From an uncultured delta proteobacterium (GTDB lineage: Bacteria > Myxococcota > Myxococcia > Myxococcales > Anaeromyxobacteraceae): a stretch of 64,000 bases of DNA. The notes beneath the pieces were generated by a model. That model did not search any database, was not told where the DNA came from, and worked only from the letters and a program-made list of their open reading frames with translations. Of the stretch, positions 1 to 13,904 are shown piece by piece. The stretch is from the NCBI GenBank assembly GCA_963814585.1, contig CAWFDF010000012.1, positions 320,001 to 384,000 on the forward strand, read 5' to 3'. The translations under genes and the position numbers were made by a program. Within the stretch, counting starts at the first letter, position 1. Each line of letters opens with the position of its first letter.

Positions 1-884
1 AGCTCGCGCCCGGCCTCGGTGAGCTCGATGACCGCCGAGCGGAGCAGCTGCAGCGGCCCGGCCAGCCTCGGGTCGAGCGCCGCGGCGTCGGCGAGCGCCC
101 GCGCCGCCTGGCCCACCTGCTCGCTGGCGCTGCCATCCTCCCCGTAGACCAGCCCCTCGGCCAGTCCAGCCGCCTCGCGCAGCTTCTCGGCGCTGGCCAG
201 CACCCGCCGCTCGGCGTCGAGCGCGGCGTCCTCGCCCGGCTGCGGATCGACCGCGTCCAGCTCCCTCAGCTGGAAGGCGAGGTAGTCGGCCCGCCGGCCG
301 CGCTCGGCCTCGTCGCTCCGCAGGGTGTCCCGCTCGCGGCAGAGGGCCGAGAGCCGGCCGAAGGTCTCGCGGTAGCGGGTGAGGAGCGGCGGCGCCCCGC
401 CCGCCGGCGCGTCGAGCCCGGCGAAGGCGTCGAGGAGCGAGAGGTGGGTGGCCTCGTCGAGGAGCGAGACGTGCTCGTGCTGGCCGGAGACGTCGACCAC
501 GCCGCGCAGCGCCTCGGCCAGCACCGAGGCGGTGACCAGCACGCCGTTGACGTAGGCCCGGCCCCGCCCGCCCCGCTGGGCCACGCGACGGACCAGCAGC
601 TCGGCGGGCTCGCCCGGGGGCGGCGCCGCCACGCCCACGCCGGCCAGGCGGGAGAAGACCGGGTGATCGTAGGGCAGCTCGAAGAGCGCCTCCACCACCG
701 CCTCGTCGGCGCCGTCGCGCAGCACCTCGGCGCTCATGCGGCCGCCCAGCACCAGGTGGAGGGCGTTCACCAGGATCGACTTGCCCGCGCCCGTCTCCCC
801 GGTGAGGACGTTCAGCCCGAGGCCGAACCGGACCTCCACCGCGTCGACGATCGCGAAGCCGGAGATGCGCAGGGTGGTGAGCAT
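1..884 (-). CDS. recN: DNA repair protein RecN (runs off the left edge; not in the ORF track)
   Basis: Manual translation from ATG at 884 gives MLTTLRISGFAIVDAVEVRFGLGLNVLTGETGAGKSILV, the RecN N-terminus with Walker A. It lies downstream of NAD kinase, a common arrangement. Confidence 0.95.
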   Translation of the reverse strand, partial: MLTTLRISGFAIVDAVEVRFGLGLNVLTGETGAGKSILVNALHLVLGGRMSAEVLRDGADEAVVEALFELPYDHPVFSRLAGVGVAAPPPGEPAELLVRRVAQRGGRGRAYVNGVLVTASVLAEALRGVVDVSGQHEHVSLLDEATHLSLLDAFAGLDAPAGGAPPLLTRYRETFGRLSALCRERDTLRSDEAERGRRADYLAFQLRELDAVDPQPGEDAALDAERRVLASAEKLREAAGLAEGLVYGEDGSASEQVGQAARALADAAALDPRLAGPLQLLRSAVIELTEAGRE

Positions 885-910
885 GGGCCGAGTCTGGCAC
901 CGACCCCTGA

Positions 911-945
911 CACTGCGCAAGTATTCAGTGGTTGGAGTGTTCAGG
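911..945. promoter_or_regulatory. Putative LexA (SOS) operator upstream of recN
   Basis: CACTG-N10-CAGTG (911-930) ends in TTCAG, with a second GTTCAGG at 939-945. Resembles the Myxococcus LexA box (CTRHAMRYBYGTTCAGS) with 3 mismatches in its 16-nt core. Confidence 0.55.
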
Positions 946-1014
946 TGGCGACGATCCAGGCAGTCGCCAGAAGGATGATGGTGGCCATCCAGGAGAGTCG
1001 GGACGTCTCCCCCA

Positions 1015-1044
1015 TTGGCGATTCCCGACGTCGGGAATCGCCAA
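1015..1044. repeat. Perfect 30-bp palindrome
   Basis: TTGGCGATTCCCGAC immediately followed by its reverse complement GTCGGGAATCGCCAA. Confidence 0.95.
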
Positions 1045-1506
1045 AGAGGGGCCTTGTCCGGGTGCCAGGCGACACGGCCCCAGAGTCGTTTCAGCTGCCC
1101 GACATGACGCTCAGTCCGTATCGGGTCGTCACCGCGCCACACGCCGCCGCCGCTACCGGTCGAGTCCCGGCGGGGCGGGCCAAACCGGCTCGCCCTTCGC
1201 TGCGCCTTCCGCCCGACCAGCGGCGGCTCCCGGCCCAGCGCCCTCTCGCTGCGCCTCTCGACCAGCGACCGGAGCCGCCCGGCGACAACCGCACGGGACA
1301 CAGCGGGTCGGGGTCGAGGGGAAGAGACGGGCAACGTGACCTGCGTCGCCGCCCCATCGTCGCCGCTCGATGCCGGCCGAGCGCTCGGCAGCGCCGGCCG
1401 CCCGCAACGCCCCCGCGATCCTCGAGCGGCGAGCGGAGCTCCCGGGCAACAAGGGAGCGGGGAACGGTGGGAGGGGATGGAGGGCAAGAGGCGGGCAGCG
1501 TGTCTT

Positions 1507-1537
1507 GCGTCGCCGCTCCAGAAGCCAGCGGCGACGC
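1507..1537 (-). terminator. Hairpin directly after the NAD kinase stop
   Basis: GCGTCGCCGCT-N9-AGCGGCGACGC, 11-bp stem. No clear U tract. Confidence 0.45.
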
Positions 1538-2377
1538 CTATCTCTCCCCCCACCGCAGCTTCGCCCGCAGGATCCCGAAGAAGTCGAGCTTGGGGTTCTG
1601 CACCAGCAGCACCCGGTTGTACGACTGCTTCACCTGCACCCGGTCGCCCCGCTTCAGCGCCGGCCCCTTCCTGCCGTCCAGGGTCAGGAAGGTCTCGGCG
1701 TCGTTCATGAGCAGGATGTCGAGGGTCTCGTCGTCGGGCACCACCAGCGGCCGCTGGGTGAGGGTGTGGGGGCAGATGGGGGCCAGCACCACGCCGCGCA
1801 TGGTGGGGAAGAGGATGGGCCCCATGGCCGCCAGCGCGTAGGCCGTCGAGCCGGTGGGCGTGGCCACGATGACGCCGTCGGCCTTGAAGGTGCAGACGTA
1901 CTGGCGGGTGCAGCGCACGTCGAGCTCCGCCATGCGGCTGAACGGGCTCTTGGAGATGACCACGTCGTTGAGCACCTCGGTGTCGAGCGCCCGCTCCGGC
2001 GAGCCGCCCTGGTGCAGGTGCACGCGCAGCTTCATGCGCGGGGAGACGGTGGCCTTCCCTTCCAGCACCGTCTCCAGCATCGGGTACATCTCGCTCTGCG
2101 GCGTCTCGGTCATGAAGCCGAGGCTGCCCATGTTGATGCCGAGGATGGGCGCGGCCCGCCCTCCCAGCAGCGAGGACGCGTGGATGAGCGTGCCGTCGCC
2201 GCCCAGCACCACCACCAGGTCGGAGTCGCGGCCGATGGCCTCCTCGTCGGTGAGGACCTCCACCCCCCGGTTGCGCAGGAACTGTGTGACGAGCAGCGCC
2301 GTCTCGGTCGCCTCGGCCGAGCTGACCTTGGGGACGACGCCGACGCGCTTGGGAACGGGGCACGGGTGGCCAGCCAT
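1538..2377 (-). CDS. nadK: NAD(+) kinase
   Basis: LGGDGT, NMGSLGF, LNDVV and DGVIVATPTGSTAY motifs. Start trimmed to ATG at 2377. Confidence 0.95.
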   Translation of the reverse strand: MAGHPCPVPKRVGVVPKVSSAEATETALLVTQFLRNRGVEVLTDEEAIGRDSDLVVVLGGDGTLIHASSLLGGRAAPILGINMGSLGFMTETPQSEMYPMLETVLEGKATVSPRMKLRVHLHQGGSPERALDTEVLNDVVISKSPFSRMAELDVRCTRQYVCTFKADGVIVATPTGSTAYALAAMGPILFPTMRGVVLAPICPHTLTQRPLVVPDDETLDILLMNDAETFLTLDGRKGPALKRGDRVQVKQSYNRVLLVQNPKLDFFGILRAKLRWGER

Positions 2378-2399
2378 CGCCGTATGATATCCGAAGGGC

Positions 2400-3710
<1,311 letters not shown>

Positions 3711-3714
3711 CGCC

Positions 3715-4011
3715 CTACCCCGCCCACTCCCCGCGCCCGGCCAGCCGGGCCAGCAAGGGGCCGAGCCACGGCCGGACCACCAGCTGGATCTCCAGGCCGT
3801 CCGCCAGGTCGCCGCGCGCCTCGAGCACCTGCCGCAGGCCGTCGAGAATCGGGCCGGTGGCCTCGTGCTCGCCGCGCGGCTCGGGGACCAGGTCGAGCGC
3901 CTCGACGAAGCAGGCGAGCGCCTCGGCGTTCTCCCCGAGGTGGGCGTGGCGATGGCCCTCGGCGGTGAGCCAGCCCACCTCGTGCCTCCAGACGGATTTC
4001 ACGGAATCCAA
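3715..4011 (-). CDS. Small hypothetical helical (TPR-like) protein
   Basis: C-terminal part of ORF 3715..4779. TTG at 4011 has GGAGG 6 nt upstream. GHRHAHLGENAEALACFVEALDLVP resembles one TPR. Confidence 0.5.
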   Translation of the reverse strand: MDSVKSVWRHEVGWLTAEGHRHAHLGENAEALACFVEALDLVPEPRGEHEATGPILDGLRQVLEARGDLADGLEIQLVVRPWLGPLLARLAGRGEWAG

Positions 4012-4146
4012 GCCACACCTCCACGCGCCACGATGATCCGGAGGGCGCCCGGTGCCCAGTCTCCAAAGGTGTCCTGACCCAAGCTGGCCCGGTCCTCGGT
4101 GACCCGTGCGCGGCCGCGCGCGCCGATCCGGGTTAGGTTCCATGGC

Positions 4147-4784
4147 GTGATCGCCTACCTCCACGGCTTCGCCTCCGGCCCCTCCTCGCGAAAGGCGCGC
4201 GCCATCCAGGACCACTTCGCCGGCCGCGGGGTGGCGGTCACGGTGCCGGACCTGACCCCGGGCCGGGATGGCTTCGAGCGCTCCACGCCGCTCTCCATGC
4301 TGGGCGTGGCCCGGGCCGTGCTCGGCGCCGCCCCCGGTCCGCACGCCCTCATCGGCTCGTCGCTGGGGGGCTACCTCTCGGCGCTGCAGGCCTCGGGCGA
4401 TCCGCGCATCGCCCGGCTGGTCCTGCTCGCTCCCGCCTTCAGGCTGTTCGAGCGCTGGAACGCGCGCCTCAACTCCGCGCAGCTCGCCGAGTGGCGCGAG
4501 CACGGCCTCGAGGTCGACCACCACGTCAGCAACGACCGGCGCCGCCTCGGCTGGCAGTTCCACCAGGGGGCCGCCGGACTGCCACCCTTCCCGGAGGTGA
4601 AGGTGCCGGCGCTGGTGATCGCGGGGCGGCGCGACGAGTCGATCCCGCTCGAGGACATCGAGGCGTGGGTGGCGCGGACACCGTCGGCGCGGCTGGTGGT
4701 GGTCGACGACGGCCACGAGCTGGCCGGCTCGCTCGACCTGATCCAGCGCCAGGCCTTCGACTTCCTGCGCCCGCTGCAAGAAGG

Positions 4785-4788
<4 letters not shown>
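4147..4788 (+). CDS. YqiA/YcfP-family alpha/beta hydrolase
   Basis: YLHGFASGPSSRKA, GSSLGG nucleophile motif, D and H of the triad (RDES, DGHEL). Confidence 0.88.
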
Positions 4789-7833
<3,045 letters not shown>

Positions 7834-7910
7834 CGTGCACGGGTCGGTCCACGGACCCGCCCCGACGAGCTCCCGGAAATCGAGTGCTTGAGGTTATAGG
7901 CACCCGGGTC

Positions 7911-8924
7911 TTATCTGCCCCGGGTCTTACCGGACCCGCATCCGGCCCTCAGCCACGCTCCGGCTCGCGGCCGGATCTTCTGGGCCTGGTACAGGCAGAT
8001 GTTGTTCCGGCCCGACCGCTTGGCCTGGTAGAGCGCCTCGTCGGCGAACTTCACCAGGAGCTCGGCGGTGATGATGTCCTTCGACGGGAAGAAGGCCAGC
8101 CCCAGCGAGGCGGTCACCCGGACCTCCGCCACCGCCGCCTGGCCCACCGCCGGGACCTCCTGCCGGTAGACCTTGTCCCTCAGCCCACGCCAGACGCGCT
8201 CCGCCACCGTGAGCGCGCCGCCGAGGTGGGTCTTGGGGAGGATGACCGCGAACTCCTCGCCGCCGTAGCGGGAGCAGATGTCGGGATCGCGCACCGAGGC
8301 CTTGATGGCCGCGGCCGCGTCCCGCAGCACCACGTCGCCCATCTGGTGGCCATACCGATCGTTGACCTCCTTGAAGTGGTCGAGGTCGATCATCATCAGG
8401 GAGACGGGGTCGCTGTAGCGCTGGGCGCGGCCGAACTCCTCGGGCAGCCGCTCGTCGAAGAAGCGGCGGTTCTTGAGGCCGGTGAGGCTGTCGGTGACCG
8501 ACTGCTCCTCGAGGCTGCGGCGCGTGGCGCGGAGCTGGTCCTGCAGCAGCTTGATGCGCAGCATGGCGGCGCAGCGGGCCAGGATCTCCGCCTCGGCGAA
8601 CGGCTTGGCGATGAAGTCGTCGGCGCCGATCCGCAGCCCCTCCACCTTGGAGTCCACGTCGCTCTTCACCGAGAGGATGATGACCGGCAGGAACCGCTCG
8701 TCGGGACGCGCCTTCACCAGCCGCAGCACCTCCAGGCCGTCCATGTCCGGAAGGATCATGTCCAGCAGCACGAGATCGGGCGCCAGGGTGCGGGCCTTGA
8801 CGACGGCGTCGCGGCCGGTGGCGGCGGTGACCACGTCATAGCCGTCGCGCAGCAGCACCTGGACCAGCCAGTCGAGCTGGGTGGGGCTGTCGTCGACGAC
8901 CAGGATGCGGGGGCTGGTGGCCAC
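7911..8924 (-). CDS. Response-regulator diguanylate cyclase (REC-GGDEF)
   Basis: VVDDS/LLDMILP receiver; DSLTGLKNRR, DLDHFKEVND, RDPD I-site, RYGGEEF active site. Confidence 0.94.
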   Translation of the reverse strand: MATSPRILVVDDSPTQLDWLVQVLLRDGYDVVTAATGRDAVVKARTLAPDLVLLDMILPDMDGLEVLRLVKARPDERFLPVIILSVKSDVDSKVEGLRIGADDFIAKPFAEAEILARCAAMLRIKLLQDQLRATRRSLEEQSVTDSLTGLKNRRFFDERLPEEFGRAQRYSDPVSLMMIDLDHFKEVNDRYGHQMGDVVLRDAAAAIKASVRDPDICSRYGGEEFAVILPKTHLGGALTVAERVWRGLRDKVYRQEVPAVGQAAVAEVRVTASLGLAFFPSKDIITAELLVKFADEALYQAKRSGRNNICLYQAQKIRPRAGAWLRAGCGSGKTRGR

Positions 8925-9049
8925 CGGAGGAGTATCCCCGGAAGGCCGCCGCAGTGCCATACGGGGACGGAGCCTGGAGCCTTCCTGGAGCGCTCATGGG
9001 CCTCCGCCGTGCCGGCGGCGCCGGTAGGCGCCGCCCGGGGAGGGCGGGG

Positions 9050-10390
9050 TCAGCGCAGCCGCTCGTACACGTCGGCGGGGATGACCGGGGCCAGGCCGCC
9101 GCCGCCGAGGATGTTCACGATCGGCGACGCCGCCGCCCGCACCACCGAGCCGCCCGGCCGCGAGGGCCCCAGCCCGCAGTAGGTCGAGAGGTCGCGGTAG
9201 AGGTCGCCGCGCGTCTCCTCGTCCCCGGCGATCCGGGTGGCCGCCTTGCGGACCGCGAAGATCCGCTCCTGGGCCACGAAGCCGCCGCCTCGGCGGTCGG
9301 CCAGGGCCTCGTCCACGGCGCGCTCCCAGGCCGCCTGGTCCAGCTCGGCGCCGAGGTGGACCGACTTGCCGCCGTAGTCCCAGCTCCGCTTCAGCACGAA
9401 GCGCCGCCGCTCCGCCTTGACCCGCGACGCCAGCGCCGGGTCGAGCCGCCGCGTCCACGGCAGCCGCGCCGCCGCGCCGCGCTCGGCGGCGTCGAGCCCG
9501 GCCCGGTCCGCCAGCGCCACGTCCTCGGCGCACTCGGAGAGGCGCGCGAAGAGGGCCTTGGCCTCCAGCAGCCCGTTGACCGGGTTGTAGACGGGGTAGC
9601 GGCCCGGCGCGAGGAGCGCCCTGGCGAACGGGGCGTCGGGCGGCACGTTGTGGGCCCACACGTGCCGGTAGAGGAGGTCCCAGTCCTCCGGCACGCACCC
9701 GGTGGGGAGCAGGTTCTCCACGGCGTGCCCCTGGGCGCGGAAGTGGGCCTCCAGCCGCCGCAGCTCCCCGATCTGCGAGTCGCCGGGCCGGGCCACGATG
9801 GCGATCGACGGGCGGGCCTTTCCGCCGCCGCGGGCCCGGTAGGCCGCCACCAGGGCCTGGCGCAGCCGCTCCATGTGGCTGCCACAGGCGGACACCAGCT
9901 CCCCCGCTTCCCGCTCGGTCCGGCCCCTCGCCCGCGCCGCCGCCCGCAGCCAGGCGTGGGCGGCGAGGTCGGCATAGGCCGGCATGGCCGGGATGGTGGC
10001 GTTCAGCTCCAGCGCCCGGGGCGCGCCGCCGCCCTCGGGGATGAGGTAGTCGACGCGGGCCACCATCACCGGCAGTGGCGCCTCCTCGAAGAGCCTGCCC
10101 ATGGCCTCGGCCTCGAGCCCGGAGAAGGGCTCGACCAGCGCCGCCCGGTCTCGCTGGTCGCCGCCCCGGAGCAGGGCCCGCGCCAGCTTCACCGCGCCGG
10201 AGAGGATCAGCTCGGCCTCGCGCCCGGCGGCCAGCAGCTCGTCTCGGCCGAAGACCTCGGGCTCGGCCAGCAGCGGGATGGGGACCACCGTCCCGTCGGG
10301 CTTGCGCACCGTCATGCCGCCGTCCCAGGCCCGCCGTGCCGCGGCCCGCCCCACCTCGACCGCCGCCTGGCCCTCGAAGATCGGCTCCAT
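9050..10390 (-). CDS. Circularly permuted ATP-grasp (glutathionylspermidine synthase-like) peptide ligase
   Basis: RVDYL...LELNATIPAM, FVLKRSWDYGGKSVHLG, FVAQERI, VNILGGGG. Confidence 0.7.
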   Translation of the reverse strand: MEPIFEGQAAVEVGRAAARRAWDGGMTVRKPDGTVVPIPLLAEPEVFGRDELLAAGREAELILSGAVKLARALLRGGDQRDRAALVEPFSGLEAEAMGRLFEEAPLPVMVARVDYLIPEGGGAPRALELNATIPAMPAYADLAAHAWLRAAARARGRTEREAGELVSACGSHMERLRQALVAAYRARGGGKARPSIAIVARPGDSQIGELRRLEAHFRAQGHAVENLLPTGCVPEDWDLLYRHVWAHNVPPDAPFARALLAPGRYPVYNPVNGLLEAKALFARLSECAEDVALADRAGLDAAERGAAARLPWTRRLDPALASRVKAERRRFVLKRSWDYGGKSVHLGAELDQAAWERAVDEALADRRGGGFVAQERIFAVRKAATRIAGDEETRGDLYRDLSTYCGLGPSRPGGSVVRAAASPIVNILGGGGLAPVIPADVYERLR

Positions 10391-10463
10391 CCTCCCCCTC
10401 TCCCCACCAGCCCTCAGGCCCGCGATTGCCGCGGCCCGGGCACCGGTGATAGGCACGTCGTCG

Positions 10464-11027
10464 ATGAAGATCTACACGAAGAGCGGGGACGGGGGAGAGA
10501 CCGGCCTGTTCGGCGGGGGGCGGGTCCGCAAGAGCGAGGCCCGGGTGGAGGCCTACGGCGAGGTGGACGAGGCCAATGCCGCCATCGGCGCCGCCCGCGC
10601 CGCGCTCTCCGACCCGGAGCTCGACGCCGAGCTGGGGCGCGTCCAGGCGGAGCTCTTCACCATCGGCGCGGAGCTGGCCAGCCCGCACGGGGCCGCGGCC
10701 CGGGGCGCGGTGCCGGCCATCGACCCGTCCTGGGCCTCGCGGCTGGAGCAGGCCATGGACCGCTGGGACGCCGAGCTCCCCGAGCTGCGGTCCTTCGTGC
10801 TCCCCGGCGGGACCGCGGGGGCCGCCGCGCTCCACCTCGCCCGCTGCGTCTGCCGCCGCGCCGAGCGGCGAGTGGTGGCGCTGGCCGACCAGGTCGAGGT
10901 CGATCCCGGCGCCCTCGTCTACCTGAACCGGCTCTCCGACCTGCTCTTCGTGGCGGCCCGCGTCGCCAACCTGCGGTCCGGCCGGGCCGAGACCTCCTGG
11001 GATCCCAGGGGGGATCGCCGGGCATGA
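10464..11027 (+). CDS. ATP:cob(I)alamin adenosyltransferase (PduO type)
   Basis: MKIYTKSGDGGET, EAYGEVDE, RRAERR, YLNRLSDLLF. Confidence 0.95.
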   Translation: MKIYTKSGDGGETGLFGGGRVRKSEARVEAYGEVDEANAAIGAARAALSDPELDAELGRVQAELFTIGAELASPHGAAARGAVPAIDPSWASRLEQAMDRWDAELPELRSFVLPGGTAGAAALHLARCVCRRAERRVVALADQVEVDPGALVYLNRLSDLLFVAARVANLRSGRAETSWDPRGDRRA

Positions 11028-11734
11028 CCGCCGCCCGCCAGGTGGCGCTGGTGACCGGCGCCGGCGTGCGCGTCGGCCAGGCCATCGCGCGCCACCTCGC
11101 GGACCACGGCTACCTGGTGGCGGCCCACTACCGCTCGCACCGGCCTCGCGGCTTCGCGGTGGCCCTCCAGGCCGACCTGGCCGCGCCCGGCGGCCCCGAG
11201 GAGCTGGCCGCCGCCTTCCGGGCCCGCTTCTCCCGGCTCGACCTGCTGGTCAACTCGGCCGCCGGCTTCGAGGCGCGGAGCCTCGAGCTCACCGACGCCG
11301 CCGCCTTCGACGCCCAGATGGATCTCAACGCCCGGGCCCCACTCCTCCTCACCCGGGCGCTCCTGCCGCTGCTGCGCCGCGCCCGCGGCTGCGTGGTCAA
11401 CGTGGCCGACGTGGGTGGCGGCCTGGTGGCCTGGAGGGGGTACGCCGCCTACGGTGCCTCCAAGGCGGCGCTGGTCCGGCTGACCGAGTGCCTGGCGCTG
11501 GAGCTGGCGCCGCGGGTGCGGGTCAACGCCGTGGCGCCCGGGACCGTCCTCTGGCCCGGGAGCGCCAGCGCCGCGTCGCGGCGCCGGCTGGCGGCGCGCA
11601 TCCCGCTGGGCCGGGCCGGCACGCCGCTCGACGTGGCCGCGGCGGTCCTGTACCTGGCCGGGGCACCCTTCGTCACCGGGGCGGTCCTGCCGGTGGATGG
11701 CGGCCGCCGGCTCGACGGGAGGACCGGTGGGTGA
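11024..11734 (+). CDS. SDR oxidoreductase, pteridine reductase-like
   Basis: VTGAGVRVG, VNSA, YGASK, RVNAVAPG, VDGG. ATG overlaps the upstream stop. Confidence 0.88.
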   Translation: MTAARQVALVTGAGVRVGQAIARHLADHGYLVAAHYRSHRPRGFAVALQADLAAPGGPEELAAAFRARFSRLDLLVNSAAGFEARSLELTDAAAFDAQMDLNARAPLLLTRALLPLLRRARGCVVNVADVGGGLVAWRGYAAYGASKAALVRLTECLALELAPRVRVNAVAPGTVLWPGSASAASRRRLAARIPLGRAGTPLDVAAAVLYLAGAPFVTGAVLPVDGGRRLDGRTGG

Positions 11735-11848
11735 CCCGGGGCGTCCTCGGCGCGACCCTCCCGGGGGCCCTCGAAGCGATCGTTGACGAGGGTCCGGGGG
11801 ACGCTCGGATGCCGCCTGGTCCCGGGCCATCCAGGCCGGACGGTTCCG

Positions 11849-11877
11849 TTGAAGCGGCCCAGCCGCCCTGTTAGACT
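11849..11877 (+). promoter_or_regulatory. Putative sigma70-type promoter of the Fe-S carrier gene
   Basis: TTGAAG-N17-TAGACT with extended -10 TG. Confidence 0.5.
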
Positions 11878-11930
11878 CCTTGCGTTCAATCAAGTCCGGG
11901 GCCTGCCCCCGGGAAGGAACGGAAGAACAC

Positions 11931-12308
11931 ATGGAAGCGACCACGACGGCAGTTCCGCAGGCAGCCGAGCTCGGCATGGACAACTTCGTCACCCTCACGG
12001 ACAAGGCCGTGGAGATGGTGAAGGACGCGATGCAGCGCGAGGGGTTGGCCGGCCACGGCATCCGCATCGGCGTGATGGGCGGCGGCTGCTCCGGGTTCCA
12101 GTACTCGATGGACTTCGAGAACGAGCCCAAGGCCGGCGACGTGACGCTGGAGCAGGGCGGCATCCGGCTCTTCGTGGACGCCATGAGCTCCATGTACCTG
12201 CAGGGCGTGACCGTCGACTACGTGGTCGGGCTGCAGGGGGCCGGGTTCAAGTTCAACAACCCGAACGCCAAGAGCACCTGCGGCTGCGGGTCGTCGTTCC
12301 AGGCCTAG
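11931..12308 (+). CDS. A-type Fe-S cluster carrier (IscA/ErpA/HesB family)
   Basis: GGGCSGFQY, FNNPNA, TCGCGSSF. Confidence 0.95.
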   Translation: MEATTTAVPQAAELGMDNFVTLTDKAVEMVKDAMQREGLAGHGIRIGVMGGGCSGFQYSMDFENEPKAGDVTLEQGGIRLFVDAMSSMYLQGVTVDYVVGLQGAGFKFNNPNAKSTCGCGSSFQA

Positions 12309-12332
12309 CGCCGCTCCTCGCGAGTGAATCCC

Positions 12333-12369
12333 GGGCCGGTGGGGCGATCCCCCTCCGGCCCTTCGTCTT
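12333..12369 (+). terminator. Rho-independent terminator
   Basis: GGGCCGGTGGGG-CGAT-CCCCTCCGGCCC followed by TTCGTCTT. Confidence 0.7.
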
Positions 12370-12384
12370 GGTGGGGTCGCCGCC

Positions 12385-13041
12385 ATGCTGATCGTCCGCA
12401 GCGCCGAGGTGGGGCCGTTCGCCATGAACGCCTGGCTGGCGGCCTGCTCCGAGACCGGCGAGGCGGTGCTCATCGACCCCGGCGCCGAGATCCCGAGGGT
12501 GCTCCGGCTGAGGGAGCCGGAGGGGTTCGTGGTGAAGCGGATCCTGCTCACCCACGGCCACGTCGACCACGCCGCCGGGGCGGCCGAGGCGCGCGAGGCC
12601 ACCGGCGCGCCGGTTGCCATCCACCCGGGCGACCTGCCCTGGCTCACGGCGCTGCCGCAGCAGGCGGCCATGTTCGGCCTCCGGGGAGCCCGGCCGCTGG
12701 TCCCGGACGCCCGGCTCGCCGACGGCGAGGTGATCCGGTTCGGGCGGCAGTCGGCCACCGTGCTCCACACCCCCGGCCACTGCCAGGGCTCGGTGAGCTT
12801 CTGGTTCGAGGAGGCCGGGGTGGTCTTCACCGGCGACACGCTCTTCCGGGGCTCGGTGGGGCGGACCGACCTCCCCGGCGGCGACTTCGACGCGCTGGCC
12901 GAGTCGATCGCCAGGCGGCTCTTCACGCTGGGTGACGAGGTCAGGTTCTTCCCCGGCCACGGGCCGGGCGGGACCATCGGCGAGGAGCGGCTCGACAACC
13001 CGTTCGTCGGCAAGAAGGCGCGCCAGGGCCGGTTCGTCTAG
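12385..13041 (+). CDS. MBL-fold metallo-hydrolase (glyoxalase II/YcbL-like)
   Basis: THGHVDH, HTPGH, FTGDTLF, GRTDLPGG, PGHG. Confidence 0.93.
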   Translation: MLIVRSAEVGPFAMNAWLAACSETGEAVLIDPGAEIPRVLRLREPEGFVVKRILLTHGHVDHAAGAAEAREATGAPVAIHPGDLPWLTALPQQAAMFGLRGARPLVPDARLADGEVIRFGRQSATVLHTPGHCQGSVSFWFEEAGVVFTGDTLFRGSVGRTDLPGGDFDALAESIARRLFTLGDEVRFFPGHGPGGTIGEERLDNPFVGKKARQGRFV

Positions 13042-13079
13042 CCGCCTCGTCGCGGCGGCCGGGGGTCACGGGATGCGCC

Positions 13080-13904
13080 CTACCGCATCGACACCACGCC
13101 CATGATGTTCTGGCCGGCGTCGACGTGGAGCACCTCGCCGGTGACGTTCTTGCCCAGCTCGGAGCAGAGGTAGAGGGCGGCGCGGGCCACGTCCTCGTGG
13201 CCGATGTTGCGGCGCAGCGGGGTCTTCTCGGCGTTCTCGCCCAGCATGGTCCGCATCCCCTTGATGCCGGCGGCGGCCAGGGTCTTCAGCGGCCCGGCGC
13301 TGATGGCGTTGACGCGGATGTGATCCGGGCCGAGATCCTCGGCCAGGTAGCGGGTGGAGGCCTCCAGCGCCGCCTTGGCCACGCCGGCGACGTTGTAGTT
13401 GGGGACCACCTTCTCGGAGCCGTAGTAGCTCAGGCAGACCACGCTGCCGCCGTCCGGCATGAACGGCAGGGCGGCGCGGGTCAGCGCGATGAGCGAGTAG
13501 GCCGAGACGTCCAGGCTGATCCGGAAGGCCTCGCGCGAGGTGACCATGGTGAAGCGCCCGTCCAGCGCCTCGCGCGGCGTGTAGGCGATGGAGTGGACCA
13601 GGATGTCGAAGCGGTCCCAGTGCTTCTTCAGGGCGGAGAAGCAGGCCTCGATGCTGGCGTCCTGCCCCACGTCGCAGTCGAGGATGGCCACCGGCTGGAG
13701 CTGCTGCGCCACCGGGATGACCCGCTTGCCCATGGCCTCGCCCGGGTAGGTGAAGGCCAGCTCGGCCCCCTCGGCGTGGAAGGCCTCGGCGATGGCCCAG
13801 GCGATGGAGCGGTCGTTGGCCACCCCGGTGATGAGGGCGCGCTGGCCCCGGAGGAGGCCACCGAGCGGCTGGTGCGGGTAGACCGGGGTGTAGGCGTCAC
13901 TCAT
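13080..13904 (-). CDS. fabI: Enoyl-ACP reductase FabI
   Basis: GVANDRSIAW, LVHSIAY, YNVAGVAKAALE, NAISAGPLKTLAA. Confidence 0.94.
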   Translation of the reverse strand: MSDAYTPVYPHQPLGGLLRGQRALITGVANDRSIAWAIAEAFHAEGAELAFTYPGEAMGKRVIPVAQQLQPVAILDCDVGQDASIEACFSALKKHWDRFDILVHSIAYTPREALDGRFTMVTSREAFRISLDVSAYSLIALTRAALPFMPDGGSVVCLSYYGSEKVVPNYNVAGVAKAALEASTRYLAEDLGPDHIRVNAISAGPLKTLAAAGIKGMRTMLGENAEKTPLRRNIGHEDVARAALYLCSELGKNVTGEVLHVDAGQNIMGVVSMR

